The notes under the pieces are model-generated. The model ran no database searches. It saw only the letters and a list, made by a program, of their open reading frames with translations, and was not told where the DNA came from. DNA of 64,000 nucleotides from Trichodelitschia bisporula. Lineage: Eukaryota. Made by a program: the position numbers and the translations under genes. Below, piece after piece: positions 12,922-25,552 of this stretch (position 1 is its first letter; each line of letters opens with the position of its first letter). The stretch spans positions 1,134,691 through 1,198,690 of the forward strand of contig ML996689.1 of assembly GCA_010356995.1 (NCBI GenBank), written 5' to 3'.

Positions 12922-15900
12922 GTCGTCGGCGGCCTCGGTTGGCGAGACCCGAGTGCGAGTTAGGAACCTGCAAACTGCTTCGGAGTAGCGAACTTATACG
13001 GCTGTGGGACTGTGCGATCAAGGCCTGTCGGCGTGATGCTGGTGCTCTTTGATGCTAGTCGCGGACAGTTGTCGGGTGGATGCGTGAAAGCGGCCTTTGT
13101 GTGCTGTGCAGTGGGACGGGAGAGGGATGTTTGTGGTGGTTAGGGGCGGAGGTGAATCGTCGAGGATGGAGGGGCGATTTGTCACTTTCTCGTGATATGC
13201 CAACAACTGCGGTAGGCACCGCAGCTTGATTGTCCTGTGCTGTCCGTTCCGGGCCTGGCTTGCTCACTTGCACTGCTGACGCCGTTTGGCGATAGGGCCG
13301 TGATTGGGCGTTTTACGCTCACTGCCTTCCCGCGGGTCGGGGGGGCTCGTTTGGTCGCTGCACGGGACTGAGGGGCGGAGAAGGGAGACGGAGGGGATGC
13401 GGAGCAATCGCTTGCTCTCAGGGAAGCAGAAGAAGGGTTGATATCGCGCCCGTCGGCTACGGCACGGCCTCGCCTTATGGTCCCCCCGTTCAGCCGCCGG
13501 GCCAGCTGCTAAACACGGCTCCCGAACGCCAGCTCGAGTGCTAGTGGTCTCACAGCAGCACTCGCCTACCCACCGTACGCCTGTCAAACAAGGGCCAACA
13601 GCGATCACGATTTGAGTCAGCGCCACGTTTCTCAGACACAGCCAGGGGGAGGAAGGGGATTTGTCAGGTTGCATTGGACGAGGCCGCGTGCGTTGTGTGG
13701 TTGACAGAGGCGAACACAGTGATGTTCGACTGAGGTGAGTACAACGATACCCGGGACTGCTTTCAATGCTGCGTGCTTTCAATGCCGTGCAAGACACTGC
13801 ATCACCGCCCGCGCAACCGAGATCTGTCAAGCACACCCCCCGAGCGAACGCCTCGCAACACCCGCGGGCCCGCGTTGCAGACCGCTCCGCGCAGGCAGCC
13901 GGCTAGACGATCGGTTTGGCAGCTGTCTCTTGCCCACTACGCTGCGTCACTACGGCCTTTCCCCGGGCGTTTGGCTAACAAACGCACCGCGCCGCTGCCT
14001 GTCCCCACTCACTCCCCCCAGGCATCAAGCGCAAGCAGTGCGGCTGGCTGCGTTGCGTCGGGCAATCAAGCAACGGGAGGGGGAGGGGAGGGTGAAGAGT
14101 TGGGCTCGCTGGCCGCAGACTCGATGCGTTCGGCTCGCACATGAGGCAGAGCACGGGCGGCTCGCGGGGGTTAAGCGGTGGTTCGTGAAGCGGGCAGTGA
14201 GAGCGAGGTCGAGGAACGGTGCTGGACAGAGCCGGGTTCTGCACTGAGCGGGACAGGTGAGATCCCAGGTCAGATGTTCTGTTGCACTCGTTGAGCCGGT
14301 GTCTCGCGCGCGCACCGCGCCGCCTGGGGACAAAGAACGACGGCGTTTCACGCGCAGTGGGCCGAGGATACACCGCTCTCGTTGTTGGCGGGAGGGCGAG
14401 AGACAGGTGGGTCGCTTCGCCTGTAGATCGGGATCCAGGACAAGTCAACTGCGCTCAAAGCGGGACGAGGAATAGGAGCAGAGAAGGGAGAGGAGCCAGA
14501 TCGCCCTGCTCTCCTGCTCACCACCGGCCCGCGCCTCTCAGGTCTCTCGACCCTCCCCAAACCCCCTTCTAGAGGCCCCACCATGCCTCCACACATCCTT
14601 CATCATCCAGCCCAGCCCAGCCGTCGCACCCGTCGCGTCACAACCCGCCCGCTGGTCGCGTAACGCGCACGATCCGCATAAAAGCTCCGCACCCTCGGCC
14701 CGCTCATCACACACCGGCCACAGCCCCTCGCTCCCGCGTCCTCCCACCCTATCCCTCCGTCCCGCCCATCCACCTGCCCGGAATAGAGCCCTGGCCGTCT
14801 CACACGCACGCGTTCTCGCGCCGCTTTAGGCAGCAACGTGGGGACCGGACTCGTAGGTCGTATGTGACGAGCACTGCACTGCGACGTGCAGAGGAGGGGG
14901 AGATTGAGGTCAAGGCCGCTGCTACGGTGGTATGGGACCTTGCGCCGGCGGAGATTAGACGGGACGAGGGGCGCGGGCGGTGCGTTTGCGTGTCTCGGGA
15001 AGGGGTGATGAAGGCCAAAACCGGGATGCCGCGCTCGAGCTCGAGCTCGCTCGTATTTTTCGAGTCTTCGCAGCCCTGAAGACCACGGTTGTCCCCGCGG
15101 CAATTCGGAGCAGCTCTGTCGCCCACGCCCCGCCCGACCCGCCGCGGTCTGTACCACACTCCCCGCGCCTCATTCGAGGTCGCTCACCCCGACCACCCCG
15201 CCCGCTCTCCACCGCCTCGAGCCACACGCTGCAACAGCCCGCGCGCTAGCCGCTGCAGCCCAATGTGCGCAAGCCATGCGGGGTACGCCTGCAGTGAAGC
15301 GCGACGGTGACAGGTTGGTTACACGGATCGGTGTGGTGGGACAGGTTAGCGCGGGATAGCGCGGGGAGGCGCGCGGAGTGAGAGCGGAGTGAGGCGTAGG
15401 GTTATTAAGCGCGGTGGTGAGGGTTGAACAGCCGCGCTGTCTGGACTGTATTAACGACGAGCAGTTAAGCGCGGCCCTGTCGAATAGTGGCGAGGGTTGG
15501 TTACAGCCGCATCGTGCGGACTGCATAGAAGAACGCGCCTTCCGCGTTACACGCTCAGCCTCGATTGCGCTTGCATCTGCGTGCGGGCATCAAAAAGCAC
15601 ACATGGCCGTGCGTCCACCGTACGTCGTCGTCGGCGGCACATAGATCTTGCGCATCCCGCAGCGGGCGGAGAATAATTCAAATACCCCGACTCGCGCAAA
15701 ATCTCCGGCTCCGGCGGGGCGTGCGACGATGCCCCTGACACCGTTGTGGGTGCGACGGTCTCGCCGCATGTCATGCCCCACATACCACGCTGTGAGCGAA
15801 TGCCTGGTCGAGAATAGCAGCTGCGGCGGTTTGTTCCACAGTCACGGCGCGCGGCCCGGAGCGCGCGTCCCGATACGCTCCCGCTCCGTTAAATGGACGC

Positions 15901-15999
15901 CGAGCCGGGACTAGGGTTGATTTGAATTCCCCGACAGGTGGGATTGGCCCTCGGTCGACGCTTTCTGGAGAGTAGTCAGCGGAGAAGAATGGAGCTATG

Positions 16000-16690
16000 G
16001 TGATCGAGGGAACATTAACCCTGATGGTTTTAGGGCCGATTCACACCGGACTCGTGTGATGTGAGGAACGGAGAAACGAATGTAGCACTCTAAGCATTAC
16101 AAGTCCGTGGAACCGATGGAGGCTGAGCGAGGTAGACGACCAGCTGCGTGGATCGAGGCACTGTTGGTCGTGACAGTGTTAGGACCGATAGCATCAAGCA
16201 CGCTTGCAATCGGCCGGAAGAAGCGAAGGTAGCATCCATGGAACTACAGCCCATGAATCTGAAGTCTGATGTAGACGAGGGGTTGCATTGATCAAGGTAC
16301 CGTTAGCCGTGATGGTGTTGAGGACTAATCACATCGAGCTCGCCGACAATGAGAACTGAGTAACCAACGTAGCATCCTGAGAACTACAGCCCACGAACCT
16401 GAAGGAAAGATAGAGAGATGGACGATGTGTTGTGTTGGTCGTGGGAACGTTAGCTGCGACGGATGAAGGCCGATCACTTCAGGCTCGCGTGCAGTGGAAA
16501 CGAAGGAACGAATGTAGCATCCCGAGCGCTACAATCCACGAACTGAAGAAGAGAGGGCGAGGTAGTTGGAGAGGTTGGGTTGATCGAGGGAGGATTGGTT
16601 GTGGTGGTGTGGACCGATTACGTCAGGCTCGCTTGCGATGAGAAGGAAGGAACGAATGTAGCATCCATAGTAACTACTGACCCATGAACC
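16000..16690. repeat. Five-unit degenerate tandem array, period ~144 bp
   Basis: GTAGCA anchor at 16082, 16229, 16369, 16514, 16658; collinear TGATCGAGG, GGACCGAT..CTCGC and CTACAGCCCAYGAAC blocks in each unit. Confidence 0.9.
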
Positions 16691-16847
16691 CATTGACCCA
16701 CCAAAGCAAGCGCACAAGTAGATCCGCAAGCTCCTATCCAGACAAATCCAACATAATGAGCCCATACTGACGACGATTCCTCGTCTCTCGCCCCTCAAAC
16801 CCTACCTCGCGTTACCTTTCGTCGCCCACCATCAGTGAGGCACACGC

Positions 16848-17777
16848 TTACTTGGCCGCGCCATTCGCTTGCAGCTTGAGCTTCTGAATACGCTCCGCCG
16901 TGCGAGATACCACAGCCTTCTCATCCCAGATAAACAGCACGCTCGGCTCCTTGATGGTAGCCTGGCTCCAGCGCGCAAAGTTAGGCAGCTTCAGCAAGCC
17001 CGCCTTGACCGACGACGGGAGGACCTCAGCCTCAGAGAGCGCGAAGATGCGGAGCAGGAACGGGGCGATGTTAACCTATCAGCGTCAGTCACCTAGACAT
17101 CAAATGACTAGGAGAGAGTGCCCACCTCAGCCAGCGTCAGCTTCTGCGCACCCCCAAAAAACGGCCCAGCATCCTTAAGCAGCGGCTCAATCTCCTTCTC
17201 CACCGCGGCTACCCACTCGGCCGCCTTGGCCTGGCGCTCGCCTTCATCGGCGGCGCGGAAGAGCGCGAACATGAAGGAGCCGATCTTGGTGTTCCATGTG
17301 TCGACGAAGAAGTTGATGCGCGCGCGGGTCAGGGCCGCGGTGGGCGACGCGTTGCTGGCCGGCAGCAAGTGCGATGGGTTCAGGTCGGCGAGGAATTGCG
17401 CGACGATGGCGGATTCGGTGATGATTTCATCCTTGAGTTCGCCGTCGCTGTACTTGATCGACGGTACGAGACCGCGCTGGTGTGCGGTTAGTAGGGGCTC
17501 GGATGGAGTGGGGTGGTGGTTAGGAGTGGAGGTGTGGCGTGTGGCGCATGGGATTGGAAATCGGGTGCGGGGTAAAAATTGATGAGGGTGCGGGGTAGCT
17601 TGAGCTTTGGAATTACGGACGACGTACAGGATTGACCTCCAGGTACCACGGCTCGCGGGGCGTGCTCAGGTCGATGATGACCTCTTCGTATTCAAGCCCA
17701 AGCTCGCGCAGGGTGATGTGCGCGCGGTGCGCATACGGGCAGCCGTGGTTGGTGTAGAGAGTGATCTTCGGGGCCAT
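16848..17777 (-). CDS. Glutathione S-transferase (Cys-type, omega-like CPYAHR)
   Basis: MAPKITLYTNHGCPYAHRAHITL..WYLEVNP|RGLVPSI..ITESAIVAQFLAD..GPFFGGAQKLTLAE; introns 17477-17627 and ~17077-17125; TAA at 16848. Confidence 0.92.
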
Positions 17778-18878
17778 GATTGCAATGTCGGTTGCGAGAT
17801 CACTGAGATTTGGGATACAAAATCAAGAGTTCAACTGAGAATTCAACTGAGAATTAAATGTTGAACTTGTATTTGGCTTCAGCGTCAAGTATGGCGCGCA
17901 GTTCACAATTCATATACAAAAGCACGCCTCCTGCTCGCACACATCGCGAGCGCCGCTTTGCGATCTTTGATTAATAATGCACGGAGCGGAGAGAGTTGCA
18001 TCGGTCCGGTTGCGGATCATGGTAGATGCCGCGCGGAAACGGGCGGAGCTGCGTCAGGGAGCGGGGAGCGGAGGGTTAATTATGTCCGTCTTGTCTCCTC
18101 TCTGTACCCCATTTTTTGAATGGAGTGGAGCGATGAGTTGTGGAGATGGTGATGATGAAGTTGTAGGTGGTGAAGATCGATGCAACGCAAATTACTCAAC
18201 ACAGGTCAGATCCCGCTGTGACACTGCAGCGTCGCACAGCTGAAACACCACCACCAACCTCCCGAGACCCCGCTATGCAGGCTGCGTGTGACTACTCCGA
18301 AAGAGCACAACAAGAATAAGGCCACTACGTACAGCACGTCTCACAGCACGTCTTTGACCCTCAATGCCGTTCCATCTGGACTCCCATGTTCCTTCGGCCT
18401 CATCGCTGCCTCAGTCCGCAGTTCGCCTACGAACAACCATCGTGCTCATCACCGACCAGGATCTGGCATCACGCAAACCATCGACCCGATAGCGAAATAG
18501 CTCTTCTCGCCCATCCACTTCCCGCGCGCCAACGCCCATCCCCCACCCAACCCTACCCACGTCCATACCCACGCTGGGGATAAGCGTGGGCGCCGGCTAG
18601 CTCGGCACACAACCCGCAACGCCCACAACGCGACATCTCAGCGCAGCCTTGGTGCTGCACCATCGAGCCTATGATTGGCCATCTCTATCCCATTTTTGGA
18701 GATCGAAAGGCTGGAAAGGCTGGACCCCGCATGGTGTGATTGCGCGTGAGTCTGGTGCAAGGCAGTCGCGTGGGTGCGATATCGCGGGTTCGAGGGAAGA
18801 ATGAGGGTATATAAACTCAGATAACAAGTAGATAGGAGTATCACAGCAGTAGTTGAGACGCTTGAGCATCCAGAAGCC

Positions 18879-20080
18879 ATGGCCACCGAGACCCAAACCC
18901 AGACCACCACCCTCCCCGACCGCACTGCCGAGACGCAGCACCGCGAGCCGTTGAAGCCTAAGGGCTTGCTGGATCAGTTCAAGAGCTTTGACGTCACGCC
19001 TGTGATTGGGCGCGAGTTCCCTGAAGTCAATCTCAAGGAACTGCTGCGCGCGCCGAACTCCGATGAACTGATCCGGGACCTGGCCATCACGAGTGAGTGT
19101 CCCCTCCTTCCCCTTACCACATCTAATCCGACTAGTTTCCCAACGCGGCGTTGTCTTCTTCCGCAAGCAAGACGACTTCGACAACGAACTCCAAAAGGAG
19201 CTGGCGCAGCGCCTCGGCGAACAATCCGGCAAACCCAAGACCTCGGGCCTGCACATCCACCCCGTCTCCAACAGCGGCCGGCGCCTCGGGGGCAAAGATG
19301 ACGAAATCAGCGTCATCAGCAGCGAACAAGCGAAGGAAATCTACAAGAACCGTTTCAACAACCTTGCTGGCGGCAACAAGAGGCAGTCTGCTAAGGGCGG
19401 CTGGCACTCAGATATCACCTTCGAGCCTATCCCGAGTGACTATGCCATCCTGCGGCTTACCGAGTTGCCGTCTACGGGTGGCGATACGCTCTGGGCATCT
19501 GGGTATGAGTTGTATGATCGTCTGTCGGAGCCGTACCAACAGTTCTTCGAGCGTCTGACGGCGACGTATGCGCAGCCGGGTTTCGAGCAGGCGGCCAAGG
19601 ACAGCGGATTCGAGCTGTATAGCAAGCCGCGCGGCGCGCCAGAGAACGTCGGCTCGGAGCTCATCGCCCAGCACCCTGTTATCCGCACCAACCCCGTCAC
19701 AGGCTGGAAGTCTGTCTTCGCGGTCGGCCACCACGTGCAGAAGATCAACGGCTTGACGGACGAGGAGAGCAAGACGGCGCTAGATTGGTTTGTGCGCCTG
19801 ATTGTTGAGAACCATGATCTGCAGGTGCGGCACAAGTGGCAGAATCCGAATGATCTTGGTGAGTTTGTGCTTCCCTTGCTTCAGAGCTTCATAGCAGTGC
19901 TAAATTGGCCTTTTTGCTGTAGCCATCTGGGATAACCGCTCGGTGTACCACACCGCAACCTTCGACTACTTGGGCCTGGGTCCGCGCACCGGACAGCGCG
20001 CTGTTAGCCTCGGTGAGAGGCCGTACTTTGATCCATTGAGCAAGTCGCGCCGTGAGGATCTGGGTGAGGTGGTGCCATAG
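18879..20080 (+). CDS. TauD/TfdA-family alpha-ketoglutarate-dependent (sulfonate) dioxygenase
   Basis: DVTPVIGREF, QRGVVFFRKQ, WHSDITFE (HxD), GGDTLWASGY, HPVIRTNP, WDNRSVYH; introns ~19093-19136 and 19859-19922. Confidence 0.95.
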
Positions 20081-20143
20081 GCCAGTCGCTGTTTCCTAGA
20101 TAGTCAATTTCATGTGCCCTTGCAACCCATCATATACTTCTCA

Positions 20144-20200
20144 AACTCATGGCACACCGCTTCGAACTCATCGCGCACCTCTTCGAACCCATCGCGCCTG
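20144..20200. repeat. 21-bp minisatellite, ~3 copies, in dioxygenase 3' flank
   Basis: AACTCATGGCACACCGCTTCG / AACTCATCGCGCACCTCTTCG / AACCCATCGCGCC. Confidence 0.75.
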
Positions 20201-22288
20201 CCAATATCCCACCGCGACTAGCCTTTCGGGCCACTGCAACAGTACGGGTCGCTATCGGAGGTGGGAAAATCTGTTTCTGTATAGTAGAACCCACCGCTGC
20301 AGCTACCAATGCATGATAAAGGCTCCATGTAGCAAAACATGAACATCGCACTCCAATGCTCTGTTTCGCCCTTATATCGCGTCATTATCTGTCTTGTTCT
20401 CAGTCTATTTTCTCTTGTTTCTGTGCTTCCCTTATATGATTTCCAATTATCTGGCTGTTTTTCATAGTTTCCTGGATGTCTTCGCGCGATGATTCAAACC
20501 TGCAGCTCGATGGGGCGTTGAAACTTTGACCTTGTTGTTCTCGACGGTCTTCGTTGACTGTGTCCTTCCTTTGTTTCCCTTCCAGTCTTCTCGCATTCTC
20601 TTGCCGTTCTCATTGTTCAGTGGATTTTTGGAGGATGTCTCCACGTCATGATTCAGGCTTTCAGCAGGGTGTGGCATTGAAACGCCCAGACCGCGCCTTA
20701 ACCAGCCCTGCCGCCCACTTCTGGGCTAGCTGCGACCCTGGCCTAAGCGTCGCGCTTATTCTGACTTCACAGCGTGCTTTGGCCGCGGCGAGAAATGGAA
20801 AGACTTCACAAGACTCTGCTACTGGCCTTGTTGGGAGCGACGAAGATCTAGCTGAAGCTCTAGATACGGTACTGAATTACTACCGCTCGTTATGGTGAGT
20901 GTCAACGGGCGATGAGAAGCTTAAGGATAGGGATGGGATTATGCTGGCGGTCTCCAATCTTATGAGTCTCGCGATACTTCATTTATCGCAGTGCTGTTGC
21001 TTTGGCACTATGTCTCGTCCTCCCTCATGTGGCTTGAAAGAAGCTAATGCGAGGCACAGAGACATCTCCGCCATAGACTTCAAGTCATGATGCTTCCAGT
21101 AAAGCAGACTTCGCAGTCGTAGATCTTAAAGCCATGATGCTTCTAGTAAAGGTTCCAACTCCAGGACATTAATATCATCATCATCATGTCTTCGAAGTTT
21201 GCAAGTGTTTTCGTCGCAGATCTGATTTCGTGATTCCGTTTCATTTTCGTCATGTCTTCGAAGCGAGCACGGTGTCTTCATCGCACATCTGAGTTCAAGA
21301 TTCCATTCAAGCCGGACTATGGCTACAAGTCTTCCATGGTCTCCTCGGGTCTTGAAGGCTTCCACTAATTGTTCTTTATAGCAATAAACACTCAGTCTCG
21401 AAAGACACAGGACAGCTCGACGTATGAGACGCTGACTACGATCAAGGCCATTATCCCACTGGAAACCCTCCGCAAGGTCCGATCCGTCTATGTTGCACAG
21501 TTGGAAGCGAGTCAAGCGCGCATCTGCAAGGCATGGCCAGTGACGACAAACTCGAGCGCAGGATTGATACACTGTGGACCAATGTGTTCGATGTTTGCCA
21601 TCAAACGGTAAGTTGGAGCTGGGGATGCTGTCATCTCGGAATGCTCACGATTGATCGCGGCGCAGTCGAATTTACAATAGGATTGCTCCCATCCTGCGTT
21701 TCCCTTTTGGCCAATCGACCTTCCTTGGCTTGGGTCCTTATATGGGGGCTCGCTGACCATGGGGGATCTCAGAGGAGCTGTCAGCTTGGCCTGCCCCTGG
21801 ATATTCCGACCCTTCCTTGCCTGAGGTTGACAAACGCTGCCGCAAAAGAAGTTACCGGACTGTGTCGTCCTTGGCTCTTCCACGCGCCAGAACACCGCGT
21901 CCGCGTGTCCACGACGCTATTGTCACCGAGAACTTCGCGTCCAGAGAGGCAGTCACGTCCCTAACTCGCGCTCCTTCCTCCGCCAAAGTCTTCGCAAAGC
22001 TATTGTCGCCTCGTGTAGCTTATCCGGCGCTAATCCTACAATGGTAGTCGACGACTTGTTGATCCACCAAAAAAACTGAGACTATAAATATCAGAAGTCC
22101 GACTCTCTTCTCCGTCTCCTGAACATCTCACCATCGTTTTCTGTGTTCTTCGCTCTCTGATTCAACGTTTCAGCACCTCCAACTGTCCTTCCAAAACACC
22201 CCCCTCGGCGTTTTCATCCTCTGTTTGTTCCTTTACGCATATCACCTCTCAATCTCCCTGAGAAGACATCGGAGGGATACTGACATCC

Positions 22289-24489
22289 ATGGATTCCAAC
22301 GTTGCTAACAACACTTCGGCTGCTATGGGTGACCAAGTTGCACCTGAGGCAAACATGCTCTCGGCCATAGAGAATACCAACAATGTCAATCAGTATGTCT
22401 CCGGGCCCGAGGCCATTCACGGGGCAGTTCACAAGAATGGTGAGTACACTTCTTTTACAATTCCTCCTCCTCACTTCTTCTACATCCCCAACCCCCCACT
22501 CTACTCAAAGACTCCCACATCTACAGCATTTCCCAAGCTCAAGCATTCTCATCACCCCCCCCCCATTTGCCACAACTCCCCTTAAGTATTTGCACCACTT
22601 CCCCCCGCGGACATTCACGAGTCGCGATCCGCCCCTTGACTGGAATTTACTAACATTTACCAGACTTGAACGTCCACACTTCTTCCTCGCAGGACATTGC
22701 TACCACCAACATGACTACTCCAGTTGTCGACACTTCAATCCTTGACACTCAGGTCACCGGCGCCACTCAGGACGTCACCATGGTCGACGCTGCTTCCGTC
22801 CAGACTGGAAACGACATTGTTGGCACTCAGAACATCAACCAGGTCACCAGCGCTACTCAGGACGTCGCCATGGCCGACGCTACTTCGGTCAAGACTGGAA
22901 ACGGCATCACTGGCACTCGGAACATCAGCCAGGACGACACCACTTCCGCCCAGACTGGAGCCGAGATGGCCGTTGCTCAGAACATCAACCAGGACCAGGC
23001 CACTGGCGCCACTGATGAAGTTGACAATGACGACAAGACTTCCGACGACTATGAGCCTTATGAGTTCTACTGCATGTTCGAGCAGGGCTGTCCGGATCAG
23101 CGCCAGCGCAAGCTGTGTGAGTCTCGCAAGTGCGTCTCTAACTTCTTCGGTCGGAACAAGAAGTGTACACTTCAGATCCCGCGCCAGATCATCTGGTGCC
23201 GCTCGCATTACCAGAAGGTTGCCTACAACAAGCCTCAGTGGGCTCGGCGCAAGCTTGTGATGATTGCCAAGCAACTTGAGCTGATTGAAGAGGACGTCCC
23301 GAATACGACCTACACCATCTCGCTCAAGCAGTCGGAGCAGAAGCGCTTAAATGCGTTTAACAACTCGAAGGGTGCGAAGAACGTCGATAATCCCAAGGAC
23401 AACACGTACAAGTCGTCCATCGCTGTCTTGCAGCACATCTACGATAATTTCCTTGGACCTCACAAGACTCCGGCCGACATCCAGGTCATTCTGGACTGGG
23501 TTCTTGAGCGCCTTGAGAAGGGTGATACTGACGATGTTCCATCTTTCGAGTGTCTTCCGGAGTTCGCTTCGTCCATTAAAATTCGCCCGGAGAACGAGAT
23601 TCGTGGAGCGATCAATGCTCCGACTGAAGCTACCCTGGCCCTTACCAAGCAGGTCGTCGCGAACGAAGATGTTCTGGATGTTCCGGTTATCTCCAAAAAT
23701 GCTGCTCCATTGGACTTGACCGCGCTGTCCACTTCGGCTGAGACTCAGACCGTCACTCCTGCTGCTGAGGCTAGCACCACTGTCGCTGGTCCTGCTACGG
23801 TCACTTCGGACACCAACTTCACTGCGATCAACACTGTCGCTGGTCCTTCCACCGTCGCTAGTCCTTCGATCATCGCTTCAAACACCAACACTGTCGCTGG
23901 TCCTTCTACAGTTGCCTCCGACACCACCTTGACCGCTGTCACCACCGCCTCTTCTTCCAAGGGCAAAGCTGTCGTCAAGAACATCAAGAAGACCAAGAAG
24001 GTTCAGACCAAGGGTTTCACTCAGACTGCTCAGATCACTTCTGGCTTCCTCGCGAAGTCGACCACTCCGGCCTCCGCCGTCAGCACAGTGACTCAGACCG
24101 ACGACTTGTCTTTCCTCGTCGCTTCGGCCCAGACTCCCAAGGTTTCTGCTACTATGGACTACACCACTCCCGGTCACATGCTCAACACTGGCTCTACTGC
24201 TGACATCGTCTCGGCTCAGCCTGCTACCGTCTCGACTGGCATGTCTCGTGCTCCTGATGCGATCTTCGACTCTGGTGCTTCGGCCTTGACTACGGCTACT
24301 ACCCCTGGTTCTCCTCTCGAGCACATCGCTGCTGCCAACAATTGCGGCACCAAGCGCGGTCGTGACACTGAGAATGAAGACGTCACCTACAACTCTGCCG
24401 ACGAGGGTGATCACTCCACCGCCGACACTCGCCCCAAGAAGGCTGCTCGGGTTACTCGCTCCTCGACTGCGGGTTCCTCCAAGCAGTAG
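22289..24489 (+). CDS. ORP1-like fungal protein (Cys/His domain RKCVSNFFGRNKKCT..WCRSHYQ) with Thr/Ala-rich repeats
   Basis: TATAAA ~22083; ATG 22289; intron 22440-22663 (GTGAGT..ACTAAC..CAG) in frame with ORF 22666..24489; FGRNKxCT..CRxHYQ motif recalled from ORP1-like proteins. Confidence 0.75.
22750..23010 (+). repeat. Coding 90-bp (30-aa) tandem repeat, ~2.5 copies
   Basis: CAGGTCACCGGCGCCACTCAGGACGTCACCATGG at 22750 and CAGGTCACCAGCGCTACTCAGGACGTCGCCATGG at 22840; QNINQ/RNISQ recurs. Confidence 0.85.
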
Positions 24490-25552
24490 CTTCTCTCTCC
24501 TGCTCACGTTTGCACTTGTGCGCTCTTTGACTGGACTGGAGTTGATCTGCACTAGCTCACGCCGGTCTATTCCCTCGACTTTCTAATCTGTAGCCCGCAG
24601 CGCATCTACTCGGTACTCACAGGTGTGTTGGTTGGTTTGTGCCTTTTTCTCCATGAAGCTGGCTAGGTTCTATTTTCTGTCTGGTGTCTGGGTGATGGAT
24701 CTGCATTGCTGGTTGGCGTTGCGGAGGCTAAAAGCCTGGAATGGGTCAAACAGGAGTTATGGAGCATATCAGTACAGTTTCTCGTTAGGAGAATGGCAGC
24801 ATAATCACCATCCAACACATCTCTTGCTTGCACATTGTGAAGGCAACTTGCCACATCTCGTTCCCAATCCTCTAGTTCTAGATTCTACTCCATGCTCCAG
24901 TACTCAGCATCCAACCCAGCCTTTCGTTCCATATGAAGCCGATAAAACATCTACATCTCTTCAACAAACACAGCCAACATTTTCCAGACCTCATACCTTT
25001 TTACACCAGCCAAAAAAAAAGAGGATAGTCAATGCATTGCGCTTATTCTGTCAATGATATCTGCAGTGGTTCATGCCACGATACTTTTGTGAATTACTGA
25101 CTAGACTCTGTTCAATTATCTAAACACTACCAGTCCACACCTTCGCTGTTTACATAGTCTCTGACTCAACCGTGTGGCTATCGCCGGCCGTGCACAGGAT
25201 ATCACCCTCCTTCCCGTTCGAGACCCCTTGCATGCACGTGACCTATGAACATCACGAGGCTGAACTTCATGCCAGGCTGAACTTCATGCCAGAGCGAAGG
25301 TAGCATCACCACGCTATTCTCGAACACTTCTCCCTCCCAGCCTATGAACGCCGCACTTGAGAATGTTCACTACACATATGAGTGCCTAGTGATCCACTAT
25401 GCAAGCCTTATTATCACAACTCTCAATAATGTCATCACCACACGTCGAATGCAACCGTGAACCAACGTGCAAGAAAAACAGTGACAGCAACAGTAGAGAG
25501 ATTTTTTATTCGTACATTTCGTTTACGTGTACCCAGTTTTTTCGTCTAATAT

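Noticed and set aside
16000..16690. CRISPR array interpretation of the 144-bp repeats
   Set aside because: Units are homologous along their whole length with no unique spacers, repeats are highly diverged, there are no cas genes, and the context is eukaryotic.
17778..18878. Cys-3/MetR binding sites in the GST-TauD promoter
   Set aside because: Only a mismatched ATGGTGTGAT (~18731); no exact ATGRYRYCAT found by eye.
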